A stretch of 64,000 nt of DNA, taken from assembly GCA_013239625.1 (NCBI GenBank), contig MU053574.1, positions 124,001 to 188,000 of the forward strand. Reading direction: 5' to 3'. The DNA comes from Lama guanicoe. Taxonomy: Eukaryota. A program made the translations under genes and the position numbers. The notes under the pieces are model-generated. The model was not told the DNA's origin and ran no database searches. It saw nothing but the letters and a program-made list of their open reading frames with translations. This document shows, piece after piece, positions 11,651 to 24,725 of this stretch. Each line of letters starts with the position of its first letter. Within the stretch, counting starts at the first letter, position 1.

Positions 11651-12849
11651 CTGGCTTGGCCCCTCGGGCCAAGCACACGCCCCACGAGCAGTTGATATTT
11701 TGCAAAACCACAGCATGAAGGCACCATTGAGCCCACCTTGACCAGCTTTCCCAGTTTTGTGTCTCGGGAAACCGAGGCCCAGGGGAAGAAGGGGACTTTC
11801 CCAAAGTCACAGTAGGGGTTTGAGGAGCTGCGAGTCCTCAAGGCCTAAATAGGCGTCAGGTCCCGGGACCCGGGCCCAAGCCTGGAGCACCCCCTCTGGT
11901 ACCTGTTCCACTCTCGCCAACCTCACCCTTTCCTGAAAAAAGACCTCATAAAACTGCCCCACAAAGAGCCAGCCAGATGCTTGGGTCGTCGGGCCCTTGG
12001 CCCTGTGTGCCAAGCACGGTGTGGGCAGTTGTCCCCAAGCCACCCCAATCCGTCCAGCCAGATGCTGTCCCCTGGCCTCCGAGATGGAGGCCAGAGCCCG
12101 GGGTGGCTCGTGCCTGACGTGTGTGCCTTCAGGCCTTGGGATAGCCCTGTCGTGGGTTTTGCAATCACTTTCGTTTTACAAACTGACAAACGGGCCCAGA
12201 GTAGAGAAATGTCTTGCCTAGAATGACAGAGCCCCGCACAAGCCCTAACTTCAAATCCGTCATCCTCCTGTCTGACCCCACATCCGACCCCACCGGTGGA
12301 GAAAGGCGGTGCTCTCACTCCCCCTGCCTCCTCCCCGTGTCCAGAGGCCCCCTGAGATGGAGTCAGGGGTCTACCTGGAGCCAGAAGGTCTGGCCTGTCC
12401 CCCTGGAGACGTGTCCAAAGCTGATGGGCTGAGCCGGCCTCAGCCTCCCCCAGGCCTCCCCAGCCTTGCAGGGCATCCCCGCACCTCCCTCCACCCAGGG
12501 CCTCCAGAGGACAGGCGCACTCACTTCCTCACACAGCTGAGCCCCCTGCACGGAGCATGGTTTGCAGGCCGAGCTGGAGAGGAACAGCCGGGTGGAGGGC
12601 CTCCGTGGGCACGCTCCCACTGAACTTTCTGAGAAGGCCCCCGCCCTTCTCTTTCTGCCTCCCCGGCGGGGGTGGGATGGCCACACCAGCTCCGGCCACT
12701 GCCGCAGCTGCGGCGGGTGCTTCCCCTCGGCCGGGCTCCCTGCGGGGTGGCCCTGGGCCCTCAGCCCAGGCAGGGCCGCCCAACGGCATGCCTCCACCAG
12801 CGGACTTCCTCGAGGCCAGGCCTCCACACCCACACCTGCTGCTGCTTTA

Positions 12850-13290
12850 GAAGGTTTATCTGCCAGAGGGGCTTTGCGGGAGGAGCGGGGACCCTTATCT
12901 CCCTGCCAGGGGCCTGCCCTACAGTTGGGGCTTTGTAATCTGACATTGTGATTTTTTTTTACCCTTGTTTTTCCCCCCAGGGAGGGAAGATTTGCTGAAT
13001 CATCCTGGGGAGGTGGTTGGAGGGGCCGGGGGCGAGGCAGCTGGTGGGCAGTGATAAGTCTAAGGCTGGGCTGAGGGGCGCTGCGGAGCCTGCCCCGGAG
13101 GAAACCCCGAACTTGACGGTTTCCAGCCAAGATTGCTGGCTTCTGCAGAGCTGCCCTGGGGACGCTCACTTCGGTCATGGGCCCGAACCTTCTTCTTGGA
13201 GGAGTCCAGAGGAGGGCTGGCCACGGGTGGGCATCCTGTGAGCCAGCAGGGGCAGGCTGGCTGGGACTGTGAGAGCTGACAGGAAGTAGG
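12850..13290. promoter_or_regulatory. Candidate GFI1B 3' enhancer C (GATA/E-box/ETS)
   Basis: TTATCT 12856-12861 and 12895-12900; CAGCTG-N8-TGATAA at 13038-13057; ACAGGAAGT at ~13279-13287. Confidence 0.6.
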
Positions 13291-14169
13291 GGTGACCGTG
13301 ACTGGTCGCCGAGCGCCGCAGGATGGCTCCTGTAACCCCTTTAGGGCACCCTTGCTCTACACTTTGGCTTCCTGTGGCCCCAACAGGGCCATTTCCCTGG
13401 CCTCCATCTCCCCTGCAGGCTGGGGATGGAGCTGGGGTCAGATGGAGGCTTTGCGTCTCCCCAGGGCCTTTGCACCTGCCCTTCCTTGGCCTGGGGCCAC
13501 CCTCTCCACTTTTGACAGATCAAATTCTTTTCACCTTTCAGAAGTCTGCTTCCTCCAGGAAGACTTCCCTGGTACAGGGCTGCACTTGGTCAGCCCCAGA
13601 GCCTCCCAGAGTTTCCTGGATGTCCTCTCTCCAAGCTCTTGTCCCATCAGGGCCCAGCCTGCGGGGATGCTCAGCTTATTGAATGGAGTCTGGAGGTTCT
13701 CTCCTTGGAAACCTGAGAGGAGTTGTCTTCTACTGGGACTAAAATTCTGGGGCCTGCGAGGTGGGAAGGAATCCCCAGAGGGGCCTGCCTGCTGCAGAGG
13801 GGACATCCTGTCGGGTGAGGTGGCCCCTGCCAGCCTTTCCACAGCCTCCGCCTCCTTGCTCCTCGTTTCCTTGTAGGGTGGCCTGACCTCCCGGTGCTGG
13901 TCACGCAGCTTCTGCAGGGGCTGGCGGTCTCGTGGAGACCGTTGTCCTGTCCGTTCTGCAGGCGCAGCGGCGGGCCGCACACAGAGACCGGGCGCAGTGG
14001 GAGGCCCGGAGCAGAGGCTGGGCTGGACGTGCTGAAGGCGTCCCCAGGACGCTCTCTGCCCCCCTGATTTCTCATTCCCCCAGGGTCCGGTGGGCAACCG
14101 CAGCGCCAGGGGAGAGGGGTGATTGACGCCCCTGAGTCAGTGGCCACATCCCCTCCTGCTCCCAAAAGG

Positions 14170-14440
14170 GGCTTCTGGGGCAGGAAGAGATGGCTGCGGT
14201 GGTCGCCTCACCCCCTTCCTGCTGCCCAGCTGAGCCCAGAGATAAGTCCTCACTGGGCCGAGGGGGCTCGGGGGCTCGGGGGCTCAGGCCGCCCCCAGAA
14301 ATCATGCCAGGGCTCCTCGTGTGGAGGAAGGAGCCTGAGGGCCACGATAACCTCTTTATTTTTAAGGGATCCGGGAGGAAGTCCCAAGTCACTCTTTGCA
14401 GAAATAGCTCTGAGCTTCAGCCTGGCGTCTGTGGTTCTAG
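14170..14440. promoter_or_regulatory. Candidate GFI1B 3' enhancer B (ETS/RUNX/E-box-GATA)
   Basis: CAGGAAG 14181-14187, TGCGGT 14195-14200, CAGCTG-N7-AGATAA 14227-14245, AAATCA 14299-14304, GATAA 14346-14350, TGTGGTT 14430-14436. Confidence 0.6.
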
Positions 14441-14849
14441 CTGTCAGCAGGGCCAGCCCACCAGTGTGGCCTGGGTCAGTTTGTCACACGATGGTTGGGA
14501 GGGCACTGGCCCGGGGATCCAGCCTAGGGCCTGTGCTCCAAGGTCAGGGCCATTGGCAAAGGTGATGACAGCAAGCACATTTCTCTGTACCTGACATGGG
14601 CCAAGAGCAGGGTCTCGAGGTCAAGGTGTTGCCAGGTGCAGGCTGCAGAGGTCCAAGCTGCAAAGATGTGTCAGGTACTACTTTTCCGTCTTCCCTAATT
14701 TCAAACTGTGCTGCACATCTGGACCCCCGCCTGCACCCAGGTGGCTGCAGGCCCACAAATGTGCCTGCTCTGCTGTCTCTCCTGACAGTTGTCACCCTCA
14801 CCCTCCGTTCCCTTGTTCAAGTGTCACAGGGCGGAGGTAGGGGGGAGAA

Positions 14850-15250
14850 ATAAATTCAGAGTATGGAATTAACAGACACATACTACTATGATAAAATAGA
14901 TGAACAAGGATTCACTGTACAGCACAGAGAACTTATTCAATACTTTGTAATGACTTACAATGGAAACGAATCTGAAAAAGTATATATATCTCCAAATCAC
15001 TCTGCTGTGCACCTGAAACAAATACAGTATTGCAAATCGACTCTACTTCAAAGAGAAAGAGAGAGAAACAAGAGTCGATGTTACAAGTTCTCATCACAAG
15101 AAAAAAATTTCTGTGTAGTAACGGATGTTGACCAGACTTACTGGGGCGACCATGTCATAGTACATACAAGTATCAAATCGTTACATGATACACGTAGAAC
15201 TACTAGAATGTTATATGTCAATTATATCTCAAAATTAATTAATTAAAATG
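14850..15250 (+). mobile_element. L1 3' fragments
   Basis: ataaattcagagtatggaattaacagacacatactac...tgtacagcacagagaac...tatatgtcaattatatctcaa. Confidence 0.7.
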
Positions 15251-15939
15251 CAAAAGGCTGGGAAGAAAAGTCGACAGAAGGAAATCCTGGCACCTGAATT
15301 GTGTAGGCTCAACTTAGAGATTCCTGGAGACAAGCGTCATCATCTTACAGGTGAGAGACACTGAGGCCCAGAGGGAAATGCCCGAAAGCCACCTGGCCAA
15401 GCGGGGGCCAGAGGGATGCCCCAGCCTCCCCGCTGCCCCCTCCCCCTGCACCTGCTTCTCCTGGTTTTGTCTGCTTTTCCCCTTTGAGCGCCAGGAGGAT
15501 GGGCACTGTGTCACTTCACCCCACTGCCCTCTCCTCGCCACCCAGAGTGATGCCTGGCTTGTGGCAGGTGCTGGGTAAATACAAGTTGATGAATGTACGC
15601 TTTCCAAACCATTAGAGCGCTCTGTGTGCCTCTGGGAGGTGCTGGGCCCAGGCTGTCCTATGGGACCCAGGGGACATGGCGGTCCCCTCTGCAGACCCTG
15701 GCAGGCCTGGCACTCTGCCTGCTCCTCAGGCTGGGCAGAGGCACGGCACCTGTGGGCCGTTCCTTCACTGGAAGGTCCAGCTGTGCATTCCCTGCCCACC
15801 AGGGACCCTCGTCTACTCTCCTCTTCTTCTTAAAACAAACAAATCACCTTTCTTCCCCTCCAGCCCCCCACATTATTATCGTAGAAACCATGGAAAACCC
15901 AGGAAACTAGGGAAGGAAGCTATAAAAATCCTCCATGAA

Positions 15940-16440
15940 AGAAGACATGATCTCCATATACAATGAAATATTACTCAGCCATTAAAAAGAACGAAATAAT
16001 GCCATTGGCAGCAACATGGATGGGCCTAGATATGATCATATTAAGTGAAGTCAGATAGAGAAAGATAAATATCATATGATACCATTTATACGTGGACTCT
16101 AAAACAAATGATACAAACTCTATTCACAAACCAAAAACAGACTCTCGGACATTGAAAACAAACTCTGGCCAAGTGGGAAAGGGTGGGGGAGGGATAAATC
16201 AGGAGTTTGGTATTATCAGATACACATTATTATGTAAAAAATAGACAAAGAACAAGGACCTACTGTACAGCACAGGGAACTGTATTCAATTTCTTGTAAC
16301 AGCATATAATGGAAAAGAATCTGAAAAGGAAAAACATATACATGTGGATAGGTATAACTGAGTTGCTTTGCTGTACACCTGGAGCTAGCATTGTAAATCA
16401 ACTACACTTCAATAAAAAATAAAAATAAAAATTTAAAGAA
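15940..16440 (+). mobile_element. L1 3' end with A-rich tail
   Basis: atatacaatgaaatattactcagccattaaaaagaacgaaataatgcca...ctacacttcaataaaaaataaaaataaaa. Confidence 0.85.
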
Positions 16441-17279
16441 TGAAAAAAACTCTGCCATGATGCCCCATCCCCCAAGATAACCCTGCAGACCTTGGGGTCT
16501 GGCCCTTCCTCCCACTGCCAAGGTCAGCGGCCCGGTGCCGCAGCGCTCGGGGCCCAGGACCAGCACCACGTGTGGAAGGGCTGCCCCTGCAGAGCACAGG
16601 CTCTTCTTGGGGAACCTCCAGACCAGGGGGGCGGGTGGGGGTGGTCCCCGGCCTCTCATTCCTCCTTCTGTTCTTCCTCCTCCTAGCCTCCTGGGCCCTC
16701 CTCCTCCTGACCCTCGCCTACACTCGCTCTGAGACCCAGTTTCCTCATCCATTAGGCGGGGACGACCAGGTGCCTGTCTCCCTGAGTGGTGACTCCCAGG
16801 ACAGTGACAAGTGCCAGGCTGGACTTTCGGGGAGGAGGGGTGCTCCCTGATGTGAACTGTCTGACTTTCACCCTGAGACCACAGGGGCAGCGGGGAGCAA
16901 GGCTAGGGTGGGGAAGAATGGTGGAGAAGTGCCCTCTGCTCCCTCCTGCCTTCTGGGATGTGGAACCTTCCAGAAAAGGGGGCTTTTTCTTTCGGCGTTG
17001 CAGAAAAGCTGGGAAGCATCAGCCCTGTTCTGTGGCCTGGAGGGCTGTGACGGGGAGCAATGGGCTCCAGCCTGCACCTCCAGGGGCTGGCTCCCAGCTA
17101 CATTTGCTTTTGCGGCTGATGTCCAGGGTCCCCCAGGAACCTCAGAGTCCTCTTCTTCCTAGCCCTTGTCGTTTGGGAGAAGTGGTTGGATGGCTCGCTC
17201 CCTCTCTCCCTCCCTCCCTCCCTCCCTCTCGCTCTCATTCTTTCTCTCGGCTTGTCCCTTTCTCCCGCTCTCTGGGCCA

Positions 17280-17540
17280 CCAGGCCCCCCGATAACCCTG
17301 GAAGGCACTATCAGCTCGGGAGCGTCCTCCCGCCAAAGCCTGCTCCACACCGACGGTTGGCAGCCGGCACCGTGTGATAAACTTATCAGGCCAAACCTGA
17401 GCACGGCCGAGCAGCACAAGCCCCTGTCTCAGATTTCCCTCCTCCTGCCTTCCTGCCGCCCCCTCCACCGCTGGAACCCCGGACCCTGCCTGTCTCCTGG
17501 CCAGGACCCAGTCCCAGCTGGACCCCCGGGAGATAGGAGG
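17280..17540. promoter_or_regulatory. Candidate GFI1B 3' enhancer A (GATA cluster with palindromic double GATA)
   Basis: GATAAC ~17291, CTATCA ~17308, TGATAA-AC-TTATCA 17375-17388, CAGCTG-N10-AGATAG 17515-17536. Confidence 0.6.
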
Positions 17541-18554
17541 GGCAGCCCTCTGCCAAGGCCAGGAGGACGAGCTGGGTGCCCAGGGTCTGCCCCCTGCTCC
17601 CAAGCCAGAGGGTCCCCATTAGGGGTCCCACCCCGCATGCCACGGATGCTCCAGGGGTCCCGACCAGGTTGTACATCCATTCTAGACTTACTGAGGACCT
17701 GTTACTGGGGCCGAAGCTGAGTGTTAGGATTGGCTGCTGGGAGCGGATGACAGGGCTGGGGGCTGGGGGCAAGCTGGGCAGCACTAGTGAGGGCGAAAAC
17801 ACCCTGCCCGTGGAGTCGTGGAGGGCTAGCAGCTTGGATGGCGGAGCGGAGAGCCAAACCTCAAGGCAGAGAAGTTCTATTTGAGCAGAGGGAGTCTTTT
17901 TGTAAAGCCAGCGATAGCGTTATCACGCACGCTCATTACCGAAAAATACAACACACTCACTGAAAAATAAGGGGCTCTTTATCCTCCCAGACTTCCTTCC
18001 GTGTGTGTAATTAACTAAATGGAATCATATGGTATATACTGATTTTAAACCACTTTTTCACTGAAGATATCAGGGACAGCTTCCTATGTCGATGCCTTAC
18101 TCTGCAACATCTATTTTCTCTTCAATTTTTTTTAGCAAAACACACACACACACAAATCCAAGTCTCTTTTACAGATAGTGTTGAGAGTGAAATCAGCCGT
18201 CCTCCCCGCCCCCAGAAACAAGTGCGACCGATGGTTTGGTGGCCTGCCTTTGGCTCTGTCTCTCTGACCATCTGCAGGTGCTTGTCGTGCTGTTTTCTGG
18301 GAACCAGCGCACGACGGAGCAGCGAGCACTCTCACACCGCAGCAGCACCCAGGCCCCTTCCGGGTCAGCCCTTGTAAAGCACGGAGGCTCCTTTTAGTGG
18401 CTGCTCGGACGCCCACCGTCTGGACCCACCGTCGGTCGCCCAGCCAGTCTCCTCTCGTGGGACTCTAGGACGGGTCCAGTTTGTTTTCCATTTCCAACGG
18501 GCTTCAGAAGAAGTCTGTGCAGCTAATCTGCAGCCCATCCAGGACTAGTTCTTC

Positions 18555-18692
18555 TTTTTTCCCAAATTTTTTGGGGGGATAATTAGGTTTACTTATTCAT
18601 TTTTAATTTTTTTAACGGAGGTACAGGGGGTTGAACCCAGGACCTCGTGCATGCTAAGCACGTGCTCCGCCACTGAGCTGTACCCTCCCCCT
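18555..18692 (-). mobile_element. tRNA-derived SINE (camelid-type) with TSD
   Basis: ggaggtacagggggttgaacccaggacctcgtgcatgctaagc...gagctgtaccctccccc, flanked by CCATCCAGGACTAGTTCTT / CCATCCATGACTATTTCTT. Confidence 0.85.
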
Positions 18693-20924
18693 CCATCCAT
18701 GACTATTTCTTTCACACAAATTCCTAGGAGTGAAAGGAAGGGTCAGGAGATGAGCACATGTTGAAAATGGATGACCTTGCGCTGGGTTTCAAGGGTTCAG
18801 AGGAGGGAAGAGGGCGTCAGCGGAGGGAACATCATGGGCAGAGGTGCCAGGGTAAGAAGTGCATCCGGAATTCCCTAAAGGGTTCTTGTGGAGTAACAGG
18901 GAAGACTTGACTGCTCGTCCAGAACCCCTGGGAAGCGGGATGGTGTGTCCTCCCTCCACCCCCGGGGAGCCTCCTCTCCCTGACCAGCCTCAGCTGGGAG
19001 CCCGGAGCATCGCAGGGAGCCCAGTGCTGCCGCCAGTCACCCGGACACTGACTCAGAACTGCCTCCACCCCCAGGGCTCCCGCTGGGCTCCCCGGACCAC
19101 GCCGCATACCCACCACCGATGTCTTTCTAAACCTCAGCTCCCATGTCTCTTGGGGTCCTCCCCTAGTCTCAGAGCAGCCAGTGGCTCGGGCGCCTTGAGA
19201 AACTTCTCTGGGCCTCAGGGCCCTCCTGCTGTCCCCGGCCGGTGCCAGGCTCTGCCCCACGGCGCGTGGCCAGTCCGGCTTCTTCATCACACCCCTGCCC
19301 TTTTCTTCGGCCCGCTCTTATCCTCTGGCCTAGCCTGCGCCCACACCAGGGAGCCCATCCAGCGCTGGGCAAGTTAGGTCATGGCCATGACCAGGCTTGA
19401 TTCTTTAGGTGATGGGAGGCGGCACATTTGGTCTCCAGGGAACTTTCAGAATAGGTCCTATTCTCCCAGACAATTGAGAACCCTCCATTCTTCCACTCCC
19501 CACACTGTCCCTTGAGTGTAGTCCGCTCTGGGCAGTGGTGGACGGGGACAGGCTGGAGCCAGCTCAGCCACACTGTGCCCAGGCTGACCCTGGGAGACAC
19601 GTTTCCATCCTTACCAGTGATCTCTGTGAGGGCTGTGGGGCCTCTCCCACTGTGTCCCTCAGGGGCTGGCAGGGGCCCAGCGGTGTCACCTGAAGCTGCC
19701 ATCACTGACGGGACATTTCTTCTGAAAATTAATTCAGATGTTGAGTTCTGCTCCCTAATGTGACCCATGTGTTTTAATATCAAAATATTGGTTTTGTTAT
19801 TTATCGTGGAGGAAATTGATGCTGCAGGTTGGCTTACAGGTGCTGTCCTGACGTCTCACATGATCCATCCACACCCTCCCAGCCCTCAGCAGCGGGGTGG
19901 GGGCCACAGTCCAAGAAGGACGCCAGCCCCTCATCCCACTGTACAAACTCAGAGGCCACCACTGGCTGTATTCTGCGTGAACAAGGTCCCCGGGAGTCGT
20001 GCAATCCTCTCACAGCCCTGGTAGAAAGGCCACTAGACTCGGGCTCCGAAAACCTGGATTCTGTGTGATGGACATTGCTGCCAGCAGGATGCGTGCCCGG
20101 GGCCACCGCCTTCCCTCCCTTGGCCCAGTCCCGGTGCGGTGAGAGGCTGGACAGGGCTTCCCTGTTTACACACCGTGACTGTGATGCTGGGCTTTTCAGA
20201 CCAGCAGGTTGTGGAAACGGACTGGGAGGCAGAGCACGGGGAGACTGGACTCGCTCCAATCACAGACAGCAGCCAGGGAGCGCCCGCGGCACTACCAGTC
20301 AGGCCCCCACCCCCAGCAGGATGAGCGCAGCCCCGGCGCCCCCACCCCAGGGAGACGCGGCTTTGATGGGACCTCCTCTCCCAACGGCGGGAGTGTCTCG
20401 TGGGCTGGTGCCAACCTGCAGGGAGCTCCAGGGAGAAGCTCTGTGTGTGCCGCCCATCCTTCCTGCCACTGCCCCGGGGTTCCTGCAGCTGGGTGAGGGG
20501 TGGGCGTGGGGGTGGGGCAGCGATGTTGCTCCCCTGCTCAGGACAACAACCTGAAGACTCCCCTCTGGGGCTGGAGGAGCACCAAGCTGGGCCCCTCCAT
20601 CCAGCGCTGACTCTTCCCATGAAGCAGGTTTCACGCCCCTGATACCTGCCCACGCACTGGCCCCCTTTCTCTGCAATGTGTAAATGGGGCTCCAGGTCCC
20701 CTGCTCCAAGTCTGCGGGGGGGCCCCTCACTCCCAATCCTGTGGGCACTCAGTGGAGGGGCCGACGACACAGCAAATCCGGGTGTCCCAACCTCAGCTGA
20801 TGAAGAAAGAAGACGCATTGTCTGGCTGCTTTTCCTCGCCCCACCCTGCTGCAGAAGTGGCTGAAATCCTGGTATTGGTGTGGTTTTGTTTAGCAAACAA
20901 GGAGCATGCAAAGTAGATCTTCCT

Positions 20925-20989
20925 TGTGTGTGTGTGTGTGTGTGTCTGTGTCTGTGTATATGTGTGTGTGTGCGTGTGTATGTGTGTGT
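20925..20989. repeat. Interrupted (TG)n microsatellite
   Basis: Directly visible dinucleotide run. Confidence 0.95.
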
Positions 20990-22109
20990 CCAGGTTCAGG
21001 AGCTCTGGTGAGCCTGGGCTTGCTGTGTGGCTTTGGGCAACTCCCTTCCCCTCTCTGGGCTAACGGTCCCCGGGGACAGGAGGAGGGGTGGGAGCAGGTG
21101 GTCTCCAGGCTCTGATGGCTCTGGTAGGTTGGCTGCCTGCTGGAGGCCATCTTCCTCTGACTTCCAGAGCGGGGCCTGCAGGACAGGAAAGCCTGAGGAG
21201 GCCGGACCACCCCCGTATGCAAATCCTGAGCCTCCACCCCACCCTCCGCACACCTGACAGGTTTGTTTAGGGGAATTCTTGCTAAAGTAAACAGGAAGGG
21301 CTCTGGAATGAAGTATACCCTGGGGTCCTGCCCAGCCAAAACCTGAGCCTCGGAGTGAATGGCTTTTCTATTCCCCAAGGAGCCTTGGAACCCTCCAGAT
21401 TCACAGCAGAGGCGAGGACAAGAGGAAACATCTGCAGGGGTGAAACATCTGCAGGGGTCGTTGGGAGGAGGGGTAAACAGAGACTCAAAGAAGACTTGGC
21501 TCAGAATCCTAATCCCAGCTCTGCACTTGCCCGCTGTGTGACCTTGGGGAAACGGCCACCCTGTCTGAGCCTCGGTCACCTGCTCTGTAAGATGGGATGA
21601 TGACACCTCCTTTGCAGAGGGCTGCATGTGTTAGAGATGATGTATGGAAACCCTGGGCCCAGCTCGGTACCCCAGAGTGACTCATTCAGAAGTGCCCATT
21701 GCTGGGGGCCGGGCGGGGGCTAGAGCCCAGGGGGACTTCCTACTAGCCGAGGGGAAACTTATCCACACATAACTGCCAGCCCAGCTTCAGTGGGTCCTGA
21801 CCTGTGAGTCAGGAGCCCAAGGGGCTCAGTGTTTTAGAAGCAGAAGACCTTCCAACTGGAGTGACCTAGGAAGGCTTCCTGGAGGAGGCAGCTTTTGAGC
21901 AGGCCTTGCAGGAAGGGCAGGACTTCTAGAGGATACGTTCACGGCCTAGCGGCACTTCCCATGTGCTGGGCCCTGCTCACTGCTGTTCACGCAGGGCCTC
22001 GGGGAGGGACTGCTACAGTTACCTTTCACAGAGGAGGAGGCTCAGCCTGCAATCACACAGCTAGTGGGGGCCAGCCCCGGGCTTAACTTCATCACCTCCG
22101 CAAAGTCCC

Positions 22110-22575
22110 TCTGGCCGTGTAACATGCACAAGTTCCAGGGATTAGGACGCGGATATCATCTTTGGGGGAACGATTCTGCCTCCTGTGGGGATTTCATTAA
22201 GGACCTTGAGATGGGGAGGTTACCCTGAATGATCCAGGGGTTCCGTGCCATCACAAGGGTCCTTACAAGAGGGAGGCAAGGAGGCCCACAGCAGAATGAG
22301 GTGGGAGGATGGAAGCAGGTCAGAGCGACGCGTTTTTAAGGTGAAGGAAGAGCCACAAGCTGAGGCAGGCAGGTGGCCTCGAGAGGCTGCAAAAGGTGAG
22401 GAAACACATTCTGCCCTGGAGCCTCCAGAAGGAGCCAGACCTGCCAGCACCTTGACTTTTAGCCCCATGACACTCACTTGGGATTTCTGACCTCCAGGAC
22501 TGTGAGAGGATAACTGTGTGTTGTTCGAAGCCATCACACTTGTGGTCATTTGTGATAATAGCCACAGGAGACGGA
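22110..22575. mobile_element. MLT1 (ERVL-MaLR) LTR remnant(s)
   Basis: ttaaggaccttgagatggggaggttaccctg...gagcctccagaagg...ttctgacctccaggactgtgag...tgtggtcatttgtgata. Confidence 0.75.
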
Positions 22576-22806
22576 AACAGCCCCCAAGCGCATCCACCTT
22601 GCCCCTGCCCGGTCTCAGCATACGGGTCTCACGCCTTGGTTCCAGCACTAAGCAGTTTGGTCTGGGTCCCCGTCTCCTGACTTGTCTTTGAGCCACTCCA
22701 CGGCTTTCTCTGTTTCTCAGGGCTCCCCGCCATCCCTCGGCACAGCTTGCACCCAGGGAGCACTTAATAAATGCTGGTCAAAGGTAAGCAAATCTGTGTT
22801 TTCATT

Positions 22807-22812
22807 TTTATT
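22807..22812 (-). other. GFI1B: Probable GFI1B polyadenylation signal (AATAAA)
   Basis: Minus-strand AATAAA about 610 nt downstream of the stop codon. Confidence 0.6.
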
Positions 22813-23423
22813 TACAGCAGTTGAGAGGAACAGGCTTTGACAGCAATAATGGCTGGTTTCCCCGGCCCTGTGTTTTGACAGCAAAACTGGAACCCCAGTG
22901 GCCTGAGTACTTGTCAGAAGTGGGGGGCAGCCAGCATGTCGGTGGAAGCAGAGGGGTGCTAGGCTCCCACTGGGGCAGGAGATAGCTCTGACCATCCGTG
23001 GCAGCCAGAAAGAGACCTGCTGAAACCCAAGCTGACCAGATCCCAGTGGGCAGCAGGCAGAGTGGGGCGATCTCTCTGTGGGTCCCAGCTCCGGTCTGTT
23101 CTTGGCACCTCTGTCCCCCTGGGGCTACTCTGGCCTCCAGGGCTCTACCCCAGGGAAGACACCAAGCTGTTAAACCTGCAGACATTAGCTCAGCAATGGC
23201 CCAGCCCGGCTGCTGCACTTCGCAGCAGGAGAAATGTTGGTCCAGAGAGGGAAACTGACTTGCCCGAGGTCACACAGCAATTTTGTGAGTCTCAAAACAA
23301 GCTTGAAGATTCCCGTCCAGTGCTGCCTCCAGGAGACTGGGCGTCTGGGGGTGTGAGGCTGGCCTCCCTCCAGGTGACGTGCTCTCGGGGCTGGCTGGCC
23401 AGGAGCCGGGAGTGGGGGCAGCC

Positions 23424-23624
<201 letters not shown>

Positions 23625-24134
23625 TCAGGGCCGTCTGGACCAGCGCAGCTGCCCCAATGCCCTGGATTTGTTCTCCAGAACTTACTATGTTTTATCTCAC
23701 ATTCACTTGAGAAAAGAATTAGGAGAGGGAGACAAGAAAAATACCACTCTGACCATCACCCTCCAGTGACTTACTCCCTGTCTGGGGCAGGGACTGGATC
23801 CACCCTGTTTATCAGTTGGCCCTGCACCTGGCTCAGGGCACAACAGAGGCACTGGGTAACGGCTGAGGAGTGAACGAACGCACGGAGGGAGGGAGGAATG
23901 GACGGATGACCAAGTGGGAAGCGAGCGAATGAGTGGAGGAATGAGTAAATGGAAGAATGAATGAACAGAGGGGAAATTCACCTCCTGCTCTCGTGTCTAA
24001 CACAGGTCATCAGTGTTGACATTCTGCTGTTTCCTTCCCATATTTTTTTAATACGTAAAGTATCACAGAGGGCTTGGCCCTCCGGTTGGAGGGGAGTGGC
24101 CCCCGCTGTGCAACCTGACCCCACCCTCGTTCTA

Positions 24135-24725
<591 letters not shown>

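Noticed and set aside
20033..21627. 292-aa and 245-aa minus-strand ORFs
   Set aside because: Run through a (CA)n microsatellite and a MIR; no domain; GC-rich chance ORFs.
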